48,487 nucleotides of DNA from Candidatus Moranbacteria bacterium RIFCSPHIGHO2_01_FULL_55_24 (GTDB lineage Bacteria; Patescibacteriota; Minisyncoccia; Moranbacterales; UBA1568). Location of the stretch: contig MFRW01000004.1 of assembly GCA_001786575.1 (NCBI GenBank), positions 1-48,487 on the forward strand. Direction: 5' to 3'. Below are positions 15,017 to 24,589 of the stretch, piece after piece. The number at the start of each line of letters is the position of its first letter. The stretch's first letter is position 1. The position numbers and the translations under genes were made by a program. The notes beneath the pieces are model-generated. The model ran no database searches, was not told the origin of the DNA, and worked only from the letters and a program-made list of their open reading frames with translations.

Positions 15017-15877
15017 ATGCGCAAAAACAAAATTTGGCAGAGTGTTCGCTTCGGCTTTCTTTCTTTCCTTCTCTTCTCGGTACCAGCGTTCGTTTCCGCA
15101 CAGGGCTTCAGCTATACGCCGCTCGAGAAAATACCGTTTCTCGATAATACCACCGGCGATTTAGGCCTTTATTTCGAAGGGATCTACAGGCTCGGCTTGA
15201 TCCTCATAGTGATTTCCGCGGTCCTCATGCTGGTGATCGGCGGATTCATGTATCTCACAAGCGCCGGCAACACCTCCCGCCTCGGTACTGCCAAAGACGT
15301 GATCCGGGATGCGATTATAGGGCTTATTTTAGCCATTATTGCTTATCTCATCCTCAATGTCATCAATCCCGACCTGACCAAGCTCCAGATTACTGGCATG
15401 GCCCCGGTAGTCGGCGCCCCGATCGAAGGCCAGGTAGTGCAAGTCACCGGAGGAAGAGCTCGTACGATTGTCGTAGACCCCAATCAATATACTCATGCCG
15501 AAGCGCTCGCGATTCTGAACGCGAGCGGAATTAGGTTGAGTTCAAGCGGAAATTGCAGCGATCAGAAGAATAAATCCTGTACCAGTTTGGATGGGATTCC
15601 GAAATCCACCATTGCGAAACTCGTAGCTTTCAAACAAGGCTGCGGGTGCAGCCCGATCATTACCGGCGGAACAGAAGTGGGCCATGCCACCCATGGCATT
15701 GGCCGGCCAATTGTGGATATCCGGCGAGAGAGTATTTCCTCTTATATCACCAAGCAGCCGCGCTGCGGAACTTCTAGTGGGCGAGCAATATATCGTGATC
15801 CTATCACCGGCGGAGACTTCTGGGATGAAAACAGTGAGCATTTCCACGTGAATTTCGGAAAATACTGTCTCAATTAG
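15017..15877 (+). CDS. CPR-type (VirB2/TrbC-like) pilin fused to a Cys-rich putative Zn-peptidase (M15/hedgehog-like) domain
   Basis: Signal peptide; pilin core GGFMYLTSAGN...AKDVIRDAIIGL...INPDL; C-terminal ITGGTEVGH..H......D and EHFH; TGnTATAAT upstream. Confidence 0.75.
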   Translation: MRKNKIWQSVRFGFLSFLLFSVPAFVSAQGFSYTPLEKIPFLDNTTGDLGLYFEGIYRLGLILIVISAVLMLVIGGFMYLTSAGNTSRLGTAKDVIRDAIIGLILAIIAYLILNVINPDLTKLQITGMAPVVGAPIEGQVVQVTGGRARTIVVDPNQYTHAEALAILNASGIRLSSSGNCSDQKNKSCTSLDGIPKSTIAKLVAFKQGCGCSPIITGGTEVGHATHGIGRPIVDIRRESISSYITKQPRCGTSSGRAIYRDPITGGDFWDENSEHFHVNFGKYCLN

Positions 15878-15879
15878 CC

Positions 15880-17019
15880 ATGAAGAAGGTCTTTTACGGA
15901 TCATTGACGCTTCTAGTACTGACGCTCATTTTCCTGGGAGCGTACAATTTCGCATTCAAGAACAACTCCAACAGTCCGGTAGCCGAGACCGGCAAGAACG
16001 AGGCGGTTATCGTTCCGGAAGCCGGCGAGGACTCCGTCGCAGTTTCGCTGGTGAAGAACCCTATCAATGAGCCCCTCTTGGGAGCAGTCATGGGAGGAGA
16101 CGAGAAGGTCTACTACTACTCATTCGATGATAAGGCTCTGAAGAAAGCGACGCTCGAAGGCAAGGACAAATCCGTTCTCCTAAGCAACCTCCCGGGAGAA
16201 CCGTCTCGTATCGTCTGGTCTCCGAAGCGTGATAAGGCTCTTTTGAGCATCAAGCTCGACGGACGGAACATCTGGCACACGGCCGATCTTCAGACTAAGA
16301 GCCTAGTCGCGCTCAAGCCGGAAGTGACCCGGGTCGCCTGGACCAATCTCGGGGACAAGATTTTCTATCTCTATACCGATCCGAAAAACTCCGAGCGCTC
16401 GCTCAACATCGCGAATCCCGACGGAAGCAGCTGGAAAGAGCTTGCCAAACTGGGAGCCCGCGATGCCTACCTCTCGGCTGTCCCGCAGAGCAGTTCCGTC
16501 TCTTTCTGGAGTCGTCCGAATGCGCTGGAAAAGACCGTGCTCGAGAGCGTTTCGAGCGATGGTACCGGCCGCAAAACCCTTTTCGGGGACGGTTACGGCA
16601 GCGACTATCTCTGGTCTCCGGACGGAGAGAAGATCGTCATGAGCGGGAGCTCGGAGAAGGGCGGGAATACGCTTTCCGTCAGCCTGCTCAACAAGAACGG
16701 CGGCGAGGCGCGCTCCTTGGCGCTGCCTACCCTCGTTTCGAAAATCGTCTGGTCTCGCGACAGCGCTTTCCTCTACTATGCCCTCCCTGGCGGACTTCCG
16801 GAAAACGCGACGCTTCCGAATGACTACTTCGAGAAATCCCTCGCCACGAAAGACACCTTCTGGAAAATGGATATCGAGACCGGCAAAAAGACGCGTCTCC
16901 TCGAGCCGAAGGATGTGGCCCAGAGTTTCGACAGTACTGATCTGTTCCTGTCGTCCGAAGAAGATGCTCTCTTCTTTACCGATCGGCAATCCGGCCGCCT
17001 CCATCGCATCGATCTCTAG
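15880..17019 (+). CDS. Membrane-anchored TolB/WD40-like beta-propeller protein
   Basis: N-terminal TM; repeated WSP/WSR/DG blade motifs. Confidence 0.75.
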   Translation: MKKVFYGSLTLLVLTLIFLGAYNFAFKNNSNSPVAETGKNEAVIVPEAGEDSVAVSLVKNPINEPLLGAVMGGDEKVYYYSFDDKALKKATLEGKDKSVLLSNLPGEPSRIVWSPKRDKALLSIKLDGRNIWHTADLQTKSLVALKPEVTRVAWTNLGDKIFYLYTDPKNSERSLNIANPDGSSWKELAKLGARDAYLSAVPQSSSVSFWSRPNALEKTVLESVSSDGTGRKTLFGDGYGSDYLWSPDGEKIVMSGSSEKGGNTLSVSLLNKNGGEARSLALPTLVSKIVWSRDSAFLYYALPGGLPENATLPNDYFEKSLATKDTFWKMDIETGKKTRLLEPKDVAQSFDSTDLFLSSEEDALFFTDRQSGRLHRIDL

Positions 17020-18272
17020 CCTCTTTTCTTCTCTCCAACGAAAGTCCGCTCCTCCGTAAGGGGGAGTTTTTGTTGCACAAGAAAAGAAAGAAGGACGAGC
17101 ATCCAGAAGAGGAATGCCAGGTCATTCCGGAAATATGGCGTATCGAGAAGGCCGAAGAGGAGAAGTGCTCCCCATAAGGAGAGAGCTAGACTCGCAAGAT
17201 CCTTTCTTTCCGGAAGGATGCGCCAAAGAAGGAAAAGACTTCTTCCGATAACGAGGAGAAATCCGCTTAGCCCGATTATCCCGGTACCAAACCAAAAAGC
17301 GAGTATCAGATTATGCGGCTCCGGGACTGCCCACTCGAGGTACGGTGGGAAATGACGCTGATACTCCAGATATGTTTCCTGGAAGCGTCCGACGCCGATT
17401 CCGAAGAAAGGGGAGTCGCCCAAAATCGCAAAAGAGGCCTTCCAGATCATCTCCCGTGACGAAAGCGACGAGCGTTCGTCGAAATGGACCAGGGATTGCC
17501 ACTTTCCTGTACCGCTTTCAGAGAAAAAGAAGGCTGTTGTCGAGACCGCCGCCAAAAGAAGGGCGGCAGCCAGGGTTTTGCGGAGCCCAGAAGCGCTGCT
17601 CCTAGAGGAGAGGAGCCAAACGAAAGCACCCGAGAGGGCGGCCCAGGCGCCGTAGGAGCGGGTTTCTATGAATGGAACGAGAAGGAGTAAGGCTGCGAGA
17701 AAAAAGAGCCAGGAGAGCCCTTTTTTGGTGCGGAAATAACGCGTCCCGAAAGCCGAAGCGATGAGGATACCGGACAAGAGAAGAATGGCGAGGAAGTTCG
17801 GAGAACTGTAGGGGAAAGCCAGGCGCTGATCGAAGGTATAGATGCCTTCCCGGATGCCGAGAAAAGCGGCTACAGCCACGAAAAGCGTCCCGAGAAGCCA
17901 GAAAATGAGCAATCTTTCGGCGGAGAGCTCCTTCCGCATGCTGATACCTGCGAAAAAGAGAAAAGCTGGGAAAAAGAACCAGGATTTCAGCATACCGAGA
18001 CCGGTGAGCGAGAACGGGTTCACGAAGAAAGAGAGAGCAGCCCCTGAAAGTGCCAGGAACACCCCGAGGGAAAGCAGCTTATCAGCAGAAAAAAGAGAAG
18101 AAAGCTTTTCGTCAGATACAAGGAACCTCCACAAGGCATAACCGAAAACCGGGATACTCGCTATTTCCAGGGAGTAGAGCGGCAGAGAGCCTAAAAGGAT
18201 CTTTTCTTGTGCAAGCAGGAGGAAAAGAAAGGGGAGCCCGAAGAGAAGATTTGAGAAGGAAGGGTGCGTCAT
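17016..18272 (-). CDS. O-antigen ligase family protein
   Basis: Polytopic; RLAFPYSSPNFLA, TRSYGAW, SR..IW, GIGVG and PHNL motifs. Confidence 0.88.
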   Translation of the reverse strand: MTHPSFSNLLFGLPFLFLLLAQEKILLGSLPLYSLEIASIPVFGYALWRFLVSDEKLSSLFSADKLLSLGVFLALSGAALSFFVNPFSLTGLGMLKSWFFFPAFLFFAGISMRKELSAERLLIFWLLGTLFVAVAAFLGIREGIYTFDQRLAFPYSSPNFLAILLLSGILIASAFGTRYFRTKKGLSWLFFLAALLLLVPFIETRSYGAWAALSGAFVWLLSSRSSASGLRKTLAAALLLAAVSTTAFFFSESGTGKWQSLVHFDERSSLSSREMIWKASFAILGDSPFFGIGVGRFQETYLEYQRHFPPYLEWAVPEPHNLILAFWFGTGIIGLSGFLLVIGRSLFLLWRILPERKDLASLALSLWGALLLFGLLDTPYFRNDLAFLFWMLVLLSFLVQQKLPLTEERTFVGEKKRG

Positions 18273-18278
18273 ACGCCT

Positions 18279-19574
18279 TCATGATAGCCGAAGCGCCTCG
18301 CTTTTGCGAGGGGAAACTCTTCCTTTTCCGCTTCTCATGAGTGCTGCAAGAACGAGAAGGTACAACGGGAACACATGGACCGAGTATATCGGGGTTTCAA
18401 AGAAGGAATGTACGAGAAAGGCTGTGAGCGCTCCGAGGTATCCCAAAACAAGAGGGTCTTTCCTCACCTTATAGCTCCCGAAAATCGCCATGAGCGGCAA
18501 GAGAATGAAAGCGAGGAGACCGATAAAACCGAGTTCGAGAGTGAGATCCAGAAAGAGGTTATGGGCATAGATCGGCTCGCGATAGGTCGCTTCAGGTTTG
18601 ACCGCAAGCGGATAATTGCCGAGCCCCGTGCCGAGAAGCGGCCTCTCTCGGATATGCTCGAGAGCCTCGCCCCAAAGCAGCAGACGGGCTCGGTTCGATC
18701 CTTCTTCGAGCGAAAAGCTCTCGAAGAAACGCGTACCCACCGGTGTCGTGGAAAATATTCCGAGAAAAGCCAGTACGCCGAGAAAGCAAATGAGAAACGT
18801 TCGTAAAGAAAAATGTTCTCGCATACGAAAAAATCCGAGCAAAGTGCCTCCACCGAACAAAGCGAGGTATCCGCCTCGGGAAAAAGCGAGAAGGACCGCG
18901 AGTGTCAGAATGCCGAAGACGATTGCCCAGAAAGTTTTCCGGTTTTCCATAAATATCCCGAGCGAAAGAAAAGCCGATATAGCCATGAAGAGAGAAAAGA
19001 GATGCGGGTCGGGGAAAAACGCCGTAGCGCGCATAAGGGTCTCCCCGGAAACATTCACGAGAAGGCTCGGGTACGTTGCGACTGCCGAAGCGAAATTCTC
19101 ACCGAGAAAGAAGGGGAGCAAAGTATTCGTCCAAAACCGGAAAAGTGTCTCTACCCCGACAATGAACTGGAGGAAGAATTGGAAAATCCCGATGCAGGCC
19201 GCTACAAAAGCGCCTAAGACAACGCCTTTGGCAAGCCTCATCCGCACATATTTTTCCTCGGCTACATCCCAAAGAATCGGAAAAAGGAGAAGGAAATTCG
19301 CAAGGAAAGAAGCTTTCCGGAAAGCCCATCCCGGCTCGGAAGCCCAAAACATCGACAGGAAACTGAACGCCGCGAAGAAAAGAAGTATGGAAAAAAGGAA
19401 TGGGGAAGGAAGATTAAGGGATCGCTTTGTGAGGCCCGAAGCGAGCCAGGCCAGAAAGAGAAGAGGGATCGCCACCCGGATCAAAGCGAAGTCGATACCA
19501 GAAGCCGGGGAGAGGGCGAACTGGAAAGGAAGCAAGAGAAAAATCCAAAAAAGCGCTGTTTCAAACATACTCAC
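18279..19574 (-). CDS. O-antigen ligase family protein
   Basis: RATAFFPDPH, FSRGG, GTGLGNY and AHNLFL..ELG motifs. Confidence 0.9.
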   Translation of the reverse strand: MSMFETALFWIFLLLPFQFALSPASGIDFALIRVAIPLLFLAWLASGLTKRSLNLPSPFLFSILLFFAAFSFLSMFWASEPGWAFRKASFLANFLLLFPILWDVAEEKYVRMRLAKGVVLGAFVAACIGIFQFFLQFIVGVETLFRFWTNTLLPFFLGENFASAVATYPSLLVNVSGETLMRATAFFPDPHLFSLFMAISAFLSLGIFMENRKTFWAIVFGILTLAVLLAFSRGGYLALFGGGTLLGFFRMREHFSLRTFLICFLGVLAFLGIFSTTPVGTRFFESFSLEEGSNRARLLLWGEALEHIRERPLLGTGLGNYPLAVKPEATYREPIYAHNLFLDLTLELGFIGLLAFILLPLMAIFGSYKVRKDPLVLGYLGALTAFLVHSFFETPIYSVHVFPLYLLVLAALMRSGKGRVSPRKSEALRLS

Positions 19575-20347
19575 AAAAAGAAGTTTCTGAAGCGATGGAA
19601 GAGGAAGAGGAGTTGCTGCTCGAAGAGGATGCGGTGTTTCTCGAAATAGCGTTTTTGGGAAGCGTAGTACCGCTCTTTCTGGAGAGAGCGCGAGTCCTGG
19701 CTTTTGCCTCCGAAATGCGTGACCGTGAAGCGCGGGTCGAAGCGGATAGCCGCGCCTTCCTGCCTGGCGCGCTTACAGAGATCCACATCCTCATAGTAGA
19801 GGAAAAATTCCTGATCGAAACCCTTGATCTTCTGGAAGAATGTTCGGGGGATGAAGAGAGCGCCTCCGCTTACCCAGGCAACTTCTCGAGAGGAGGTATT
19901 CTGAAGAGGCAAGTGATTCCGGATGATCCGGAGGAGCGAAACTTCCTGCCCTCGGCCGAAGCGCGCCTCCTTTCCAGAGGCGTCGAGGAGACTGATGCCG
20001 AGGACCGCCGGTTCGGATGAGGAGGAAAAGACTTCCTGTATCGCTTCCAGCTGCTTTCCGGGCCATTCGACATCCGGATTCAGAAAGCCGAGGACGGTGC
20101 CCCTGGCCGCCTCCGCGCCCAGATTAGCGGCTGTTCCGAAACCTTTATTCCCACCTGCCTCAAGCACTTGTATGGGGTAGGCTCTCTGGAAAGAATGAAG
20201 GGTTTTCGACTCGCTCGCGTCGTTATTGACGATGATGACTTCGAAAGTTCCTTGGTTTTCTGCCCGAAAGAGGCTTCGGAGCGCTTTTTCGAGATAGCGT
20301 GCGCTCCGATAGTTAACGAAGATGAGGGAAATTGCCGGATGTTCCAT
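19571..20347 (-). CDS. Glycosyltransferase family 2
   Basis: IFVNY, NKGFG.AAN, LNPD and GFD..FFLYYEDVDL motifs. Confidence 0.92.
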   Translation of the reverse strand: MEHPAISLIFVNYRSARYLEKALRSLFRAENQGTFEVIIVNNDASESKTLHSFQRAYPIQVLEAGGNKGFGTAANLGAEAARGTVLGFLNPDVEWPGKQLEAIQEVFSSSSEPAVLGISLLDASGKEARFGRGQEVSLLRIIRNHLPLQNTSSREVAWVSGGALFIPRTFFQKIKGFDQEFFLYYEDVDLCKRARQEGAAIRFDPRFTVTHFGGKSQDSRSLQKERYYASQKRYFEKHRILFEQQLLFLFHRFRNFFL

Positions 20348-21194
20348 GTCTTTTGGAAAAAAAATCGCGATAAGCCTGGGCTACCATGCGCGCTTTTTCC
20401 CTCCCGAAAAACACATCTAGAGCATTTTTGATTCTTCGTATTGTAACATAGAGCCGCGTATAGGGCCTAATCAAGCCTTTCGCATGCTTGGTAAAGAAAA
20501 TAAGGCCTGAAAACACGAGGTAGTAGAGCTTTTGCGGGCTTTCCTCGCTCTGTTCCTCATGGCGCGCCTTGGCCCCCGGAACGACGAGGAGAGGGTAGCC
20601 CATGTTCCGGGCGCGGAGCGAGTAATCGGTATCCTCGTAGTAGAGGAAGAACGCTTCGTCAAACAGACCGACTTGTTCCCAGACGTTCCTCGGGATAAGG
20701 AGCGCGCATCCGGAGAGAAAACCGCTCGGGTAGGGAGATGCGCTTCGAATCCTTCGTTCATGGACGGCGCGCATCCGGAAAAAATCGATCTTTCCGCCGG
20801 CAAACCAGGCGTTTCCCAGGTTATCGAAGATGACCGGCGAGAGGAGCGCTCCCTTCGGAAATTTTTCGGCAGCCGCTACGAGGAGAGTGAGCGCATCTTT
20901 TTCAGCGGTCGCATCCGGATTGAAGAGCCATACGAAATCCGCGCCTCTCGAGAACGCGTGTTCGATAGCCCGGTTCATCCCCGCTGCGAAACCGTAATTT
21001 TTTGAGAATGGGAGGAAACTCGCTTGAGGAAAATCCTGTTTCGCCTCATCGAACGAAGCGTCTGTCGATGCGTTGTCCGCGACGATAATCTCTTTTCGCG
21101 GATACTCGAGCGCGAAAAGGGACGTGAGAGCACGCTTGAGATGCGCTCCGCTATTGTAGTTCAAAACGATGAGAGCGACTTTGGGAACCGGCAT
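20313..21194 (-). CDS. Glycosyltransferase family 2
   Basis: VLNYN, DNASTD, NYGFAAG.N and FDE.FFLYYED motifs. Confidence 0.92.
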   Translation of the reverse strand: MPVPKVALIVLNYNSGAHLKRALTSLFALEYPRKEIIVADNASTDASFDEAKQDFPQASFLPFSKNYGFAAGMNRAIEHAFSRGADFVWLFNPDATAEKDALTLLVAAAEKFPKGALLSPVIFDNLGNAWFAGGKIDFFRMRAVHERRIRSASPYPSGFLSGCALLIPRNVWEQVGLFDEAFFLYYEDTDYSLRARNMGYPLLVVPGAKARHEEQSEESPQKLYYLVFSGLIFFTKHAKGLIRPYTRLYVTIRRIKNALDVFFGREKARMVAQAYRDFFSKRHGTSGNFPHLR

Positions 21195-21204
21195 AGGGAG
21201 AAGC

Positions 21205-22659
21205 TTAAGAGATCGGGTTCTCGACTGCCGCAGGAGCAGTCTCTTTGCTTGAAAAAATCATGCGGAGCTCCTCATAAGAGATAGCTTGCGTAATCCAGAG
21301 GCTGCCTATATAGATAGTGACTCCGGAGATCCCAGCGAGAAAGAACGAGTACGGTTCCAAGAAAAAGAGCGAGACCCCCATCGCTCCGGAAGCGAAAAGA
21401 ATCCTGCCGATATGCTCGAATGACGGCCGGTACTTCACATGCTGGAAAACGAGGAATCCGGTAAGCGTAATGACCAGAAGCTCTGTCGCGACCGAAGTGA
21501 AGGCGGCGCCGATGAAAGAATAAGTGGGGATGAGGAAAAGATTCAGGCTGATATTGAATACGGCAGCAAAGAAAAGCGCTACCATGAGCTTGCGCTGGGC
21601 GTTGCTCACGATGAGAAGCATATTGAAATAATGGCCGAAGAAGATGCATCCGAGAGCGAAGATAAGGATGCGCAGCACCGGCACGGATGCCTGGAAGCCC
21701 TCGCCGCTGACGATCTGGACGATATCCGGAGCCAAGAACCAGGTACCGACAATAAGAGGCGCTACGATAAGGAAAAAGACTTTGAATGTCTTGTCGGCGA
21801 TTTCATTGAAACGCTTGCGGTCGGTATAGATCGAGCGTGAAAGAAGAGGCAGAATCAATCCGGCAAGCATTGCCGGGAAGAAGATGAGATTCTCCATGAT
21901 CTTGTAGGCGACATTGTAGATGCCGACATCCGTATTCGACTGCATGAGCGAGAGGAGGATGGTGTCTAACTTGAAATACGCGAAGGTGATGATAGCTGTC
22001 GCTCCCATAGGAAGCGATTCCTTGAGAAATTCTTTCCAGTAGGAAAAATCGAGCGCGAGAGAGAACTTTACATAACGCCGGCTCCACCAGAAGACGAGGA
22101 TAGCATTGAAGGAAAGCGAGACGAGAAGCGTCGCCGCAATCGGGAGAAATCCGAGATCCTCCCGCACGATAAACACCACGAGCGCTACCTGGAGGAATTT
22201 GCCGCAGAACTCGATCATCGCCACTTTATCCATGGCCAGATACTTCTGGAAGATGCCATTGAGCACCAGGGAAAGGGTGGAGAAAAGGACGGCCGCAGCG
22301 GCTATGAGGATTCCCCACTCCTGATCTTCCGGGTAGCGGAAAACGAGAAGTGCGAGCGGTGCGATGAGGATAAGCGCAAGCGAAGAAAGCAGGCGGAGCG
22401 CTACGATGTTTCCGAGAATCTTCTTCTCTTCGGCTCCTTCCCGGGATATTTCCCGAGCAGTTACCGGACCGAGACCCAGATCAGCGATAGCGGAGAAGAA
22501 ACCGAAGAACGCGAGGATCGTCGCATACTTTCCGAAGCCGTCCGGACCGAGGTAGCCGGTGATCAGCCGGATAGAGAGAAGCGAGAGTGCGACCGTCGAA
22601 AACACCTTGAAGAAAGAATTCAAGACGACATTATAGGCAATCTTCCGCGCAATCGCCAT
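21205..22659 (-). CDS. Wzx-type polysaccharide flippase (MOP family)
   Basis: About 14 TM; YLGP..FG.Y, D.ILL and VGIYNVAYK motifs. Confidence 0.9.
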   Translation of the reverse strand: MAIARKIAYNVVLNSFFKVFSTVALSLLSIRLITGYLGPDGFGKYATILAFFGFFSAIADLGLGPVTAREISREGAEEKKILGNIVALRLLSSLALILIAPLALLVFRYPEDQEWGILIAAAAVLFSTLSLVLNGIFQKYLAMDKVAMIEFCGKFLQVALVVFIVREDLGFLPIAATLLVSLSFNAILVFWWSRRYVKFSLALDFSYWKEFLKESLPMGATAIITFAYFKLDTILLSLMQSNTDVGIYNVAYKIMENLIFFPAMLAGLILPLLSRSIYTDRKRFNEIADKTFKVFFLIVAPLIVGTWFLAPDIVQIVSGEGFQASVPVLRILIFALGCIFFGHYFNMLLIVSNAQRKLMVALFFAAVFNISLNLFLIPTYSFIGAAFTSVATELLVITLTGFLVFQHVKYRPSFEHIGRILFASGAMGVSLFFLEPYSFFLAGISGVTIYIGSLWITQAISYEELRMIFSSKETAPAAVENPIS

Positions 22660-22686
22660 ACGAAAAGAAAATAAAAAAATCTGCGT

Positions 22687-23154
22687 TTAATCCTTGAGGC
22701 GCACGAGCACCTTGCGTTCCTCTCCTTTGCCGACACTTTCGGTGAGAATCCGGTCATTCTTCGCGAGAATCGTGTGGACAACTTTGCGTTCGAAAGCCTG
22801 CATAGGCCGGAGAGTGACGGAAAGTCCGGTCTCAATCGCTTCTTGAGCGGCCTTTTCCGCTTCTGATTCCAAGAATCCGCGCTTTTCGGCGAGATAACCG
22901 TTCACATCCACCACGAGAGAAACTCTTTCCCCGAGAGCTTTGCGGCAGAGGAGGCGGAGTATATGTTGGAGCGCCGCCAGATTCATCCCATGCTGGCCGA
23001 TGAGGAAATTCTGATCCGTATGGAGGGAAATGTCGATAAAGAAGCTTTCTGGATCATTCTCCTCTTCGCGTACCGAAATCGTTCCAGAAAAGCCGAGCTT
23101 TTCGACGAGCGTCTCGGCAATCTGCTGCAAAGTGGCAAGAGGAGTATTTTCCAT
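22687..23154 (-). CDS. jag: Jag/KhpB (EloR) KH plus R3H RNA-binding protein
   Basis: LIGQHG.NL.ALQ and M..FERKVVH motifs; follows yidC. Confidence 0.9.
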   Translation of the reverse strand: MENTPLATLQQIAETLVEKLGFSGTISVREEENDPESFFIDISLHTDQNFLIGQHGMNLAALQHILRLLCRKALGERVSLVVDVNGYLAEKRGFLESEAEKAAQEAIETGLSVTLRPMQAFERKVVHTILAKNDRILTESVGKGEERKVLVRLKD

Positions 23155-23168
23155 AAGCTTTCGGCGGA

Positions 23169-23900
23169 TTAAGCCTTCTTAAGAGCGAAGATGTACTTCT
23201 GCTGGACAATCATGAAGAGGGTGGAGAAGAGCCAGTAGAGGGAAAGGGCTGCCGGGAAGGTTACCCCGATAAAGAAGGTGAGTCCGGGACCCAAGTAGAG
23301 CATCTGCTTATTCATTATAGCCGCAAAGTCCGGTTGGTCGGAAGGGCTGGCAGTAGCGCTGGAAGGGGCGGGCAATGAATGGAGCAGCATTTTGGTCTGG
23401 AAATATTGGGCAATGGACGAGAGGAACGCGAGCACGTAATTCGGCCGCGAAAGATCGACAAAATGGAGGAAGAGGTGATTGATGGCCCCAGGGTTAGCCA
23501 CAAAGGAATAGAGATCGTTCGGATTGACCATAAATCCCGCTTGGGAGATGGAAATAATGACCCGATAAATAGCGATCAGAAAGACGATCTGGACGAGGAG
23601 CGGGAGACAGCCTGAAAAAGGATTGGTTTTTTCGGCTTTATAGAGCTCTAGAAGGGCCTTTGTCTGTTCTTCCTTGTTCGTCTTGTGCTTCGCTTGGATC
23701 TCCTTCATTTTCGGCTGCAGTTCCTGCATTTTCTTCTGGGATTCGATCTGCTTCTTGGAAAGAGGGAGCATCACGAGCTTCAAAAGGAGGGTGGTCAGGA
23801 TGATGGCGATTCCGAAATCGGCTCCCGGAACGACATTGTAAAAGAAAATGAGGGCGTTATAGAGCGGATCGTAGATAAAGGTATGGAAAAGTGTGGCCAT
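23169..23900 (-). CDS. yidC: Membrane protein insertase YidC (short form)
   Basis: GIAII, LQPKMKEIQ, NPFSGCLP and LYW motifs. Confidence 0.95.
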   Translation of the reverse strand: MATLFHTFIYDPLYNALIFFYNVVPGADFGIAIILTTLLLKLVMLPLSKKQIESQKKMQELQPKMKEIQAKHKTNKEEQTKALLELYKAEKTNPFSGCLPLLVQIVFLIAIYRVIISISQAGFMVNPNDLYSFVANPGAINHLFLHFVDLSRPNYVLAFLSSIAQYFQTKMLLHSLPAPSSATASPSDQPDFAAIMNKQMLYLGPGLTFFIGVTFPAALSLYWLFSTLFMIVQQKYIFALKKA

Positions 23901-23904
23901 ATGC

Positions 23905-24246
23905 TTATTTTTTGTCTTTTAGACTCCTCTTAATGTTAAGAATAAAGCTTTGTAATTCCTCTTTTTCGATGTTTTTTCCCTTCTTTAAGCTAAAAAATAC
24001 GATGTCATACCCTTTTGGGAGTTCTCCGTAGCTTTCCTCGATAAAGGCACTCAACTGCCGGCGCAAGCGGTTTCTTTGGGTAGCCAAGGGGAAATGCTTC
24101 TTACTGAAAGAAAAGCCTATCCGAAGCGAGTCTGTGCTGTTTTTGGCTATTTTACAGGCTATTTCTCTAAAAAAAAGGGGACTTCCGGAACGAAATACCC
24201 TCTCAAAGTCCTCTTTTTTCCTTATCCGAAGGCTTTTTTTCAGCAT
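23905..24246 (-). CDS. rnpA: RNase P protein component
   Basis: RIRK.EDF..VF, RIGFSFSKK and RNRLRR motifs. Confidence 0.93.
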   Translation of the reverse strand: MLKKSLRIRKKEDFERVFRSGSPLFFREIACKIAKNSTDSLRIGFSFSKKHFPLATQRNRLRRQLSAFIEESYGELPKGYDIVFFSLKKGKNIEKEELQSFILNIKRSLKDKK

Positions 24247-24253
24247 ATGGATG

Positions 24254-24391
24254 CTATTCGGAAAGTTTTTTCCTTCCTTTTTGGCGCCTGTTGGTGATCA
24301 CGCGCTTACCGCCCGGGGTACTCATACGCTTCAGAAAGCCGTGGCGTCTGGCCCGCTTTCTCGTTTTCGGCTGATACGTCCTCTTGCTCAT
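24254..24391 (-). CDS. rpmH: 50S ribosomal protein L34 (below the ORF-track length cutoff)
   Basis: Hand translation: [45 protein letters not shown]. Confidence 0.97.
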   Translation of the reverse strand: MSKRTYQPKTRKRARRHGFLKRMSTPGGKRVITNRRQKGRKKLSE

Positions 24392-24469
24392 AGAACCACT
24401 CTCAATAACTTAAAGTCTTTGTAAAAAAGTTTCTTTAGTGTATCAGAAAGCCAAGGAAAGTCAATAATA

Positions 24470-24552
24470 GGGGTATAAATCCACTTATCCACCCGTTATG
24501 CACTTTTTAACCATTTTTCAGCCTCGCTCATCCTTTTTTAGCGTGATATAAT
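24470..24552 (+). promoter_or_regulatory. dnaA upstream region with DnaA-box-like sites and an extended -10
   Basis: TTATCCACC (24485-24493), TTATGCACT (24496-24504), TGATATAAT (24544-24552). Confidence 0.65.
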
Positions 24553-24589
24553 GACATTCAATCTTCGCTATTCTCTGAAGCAGGAGCTT

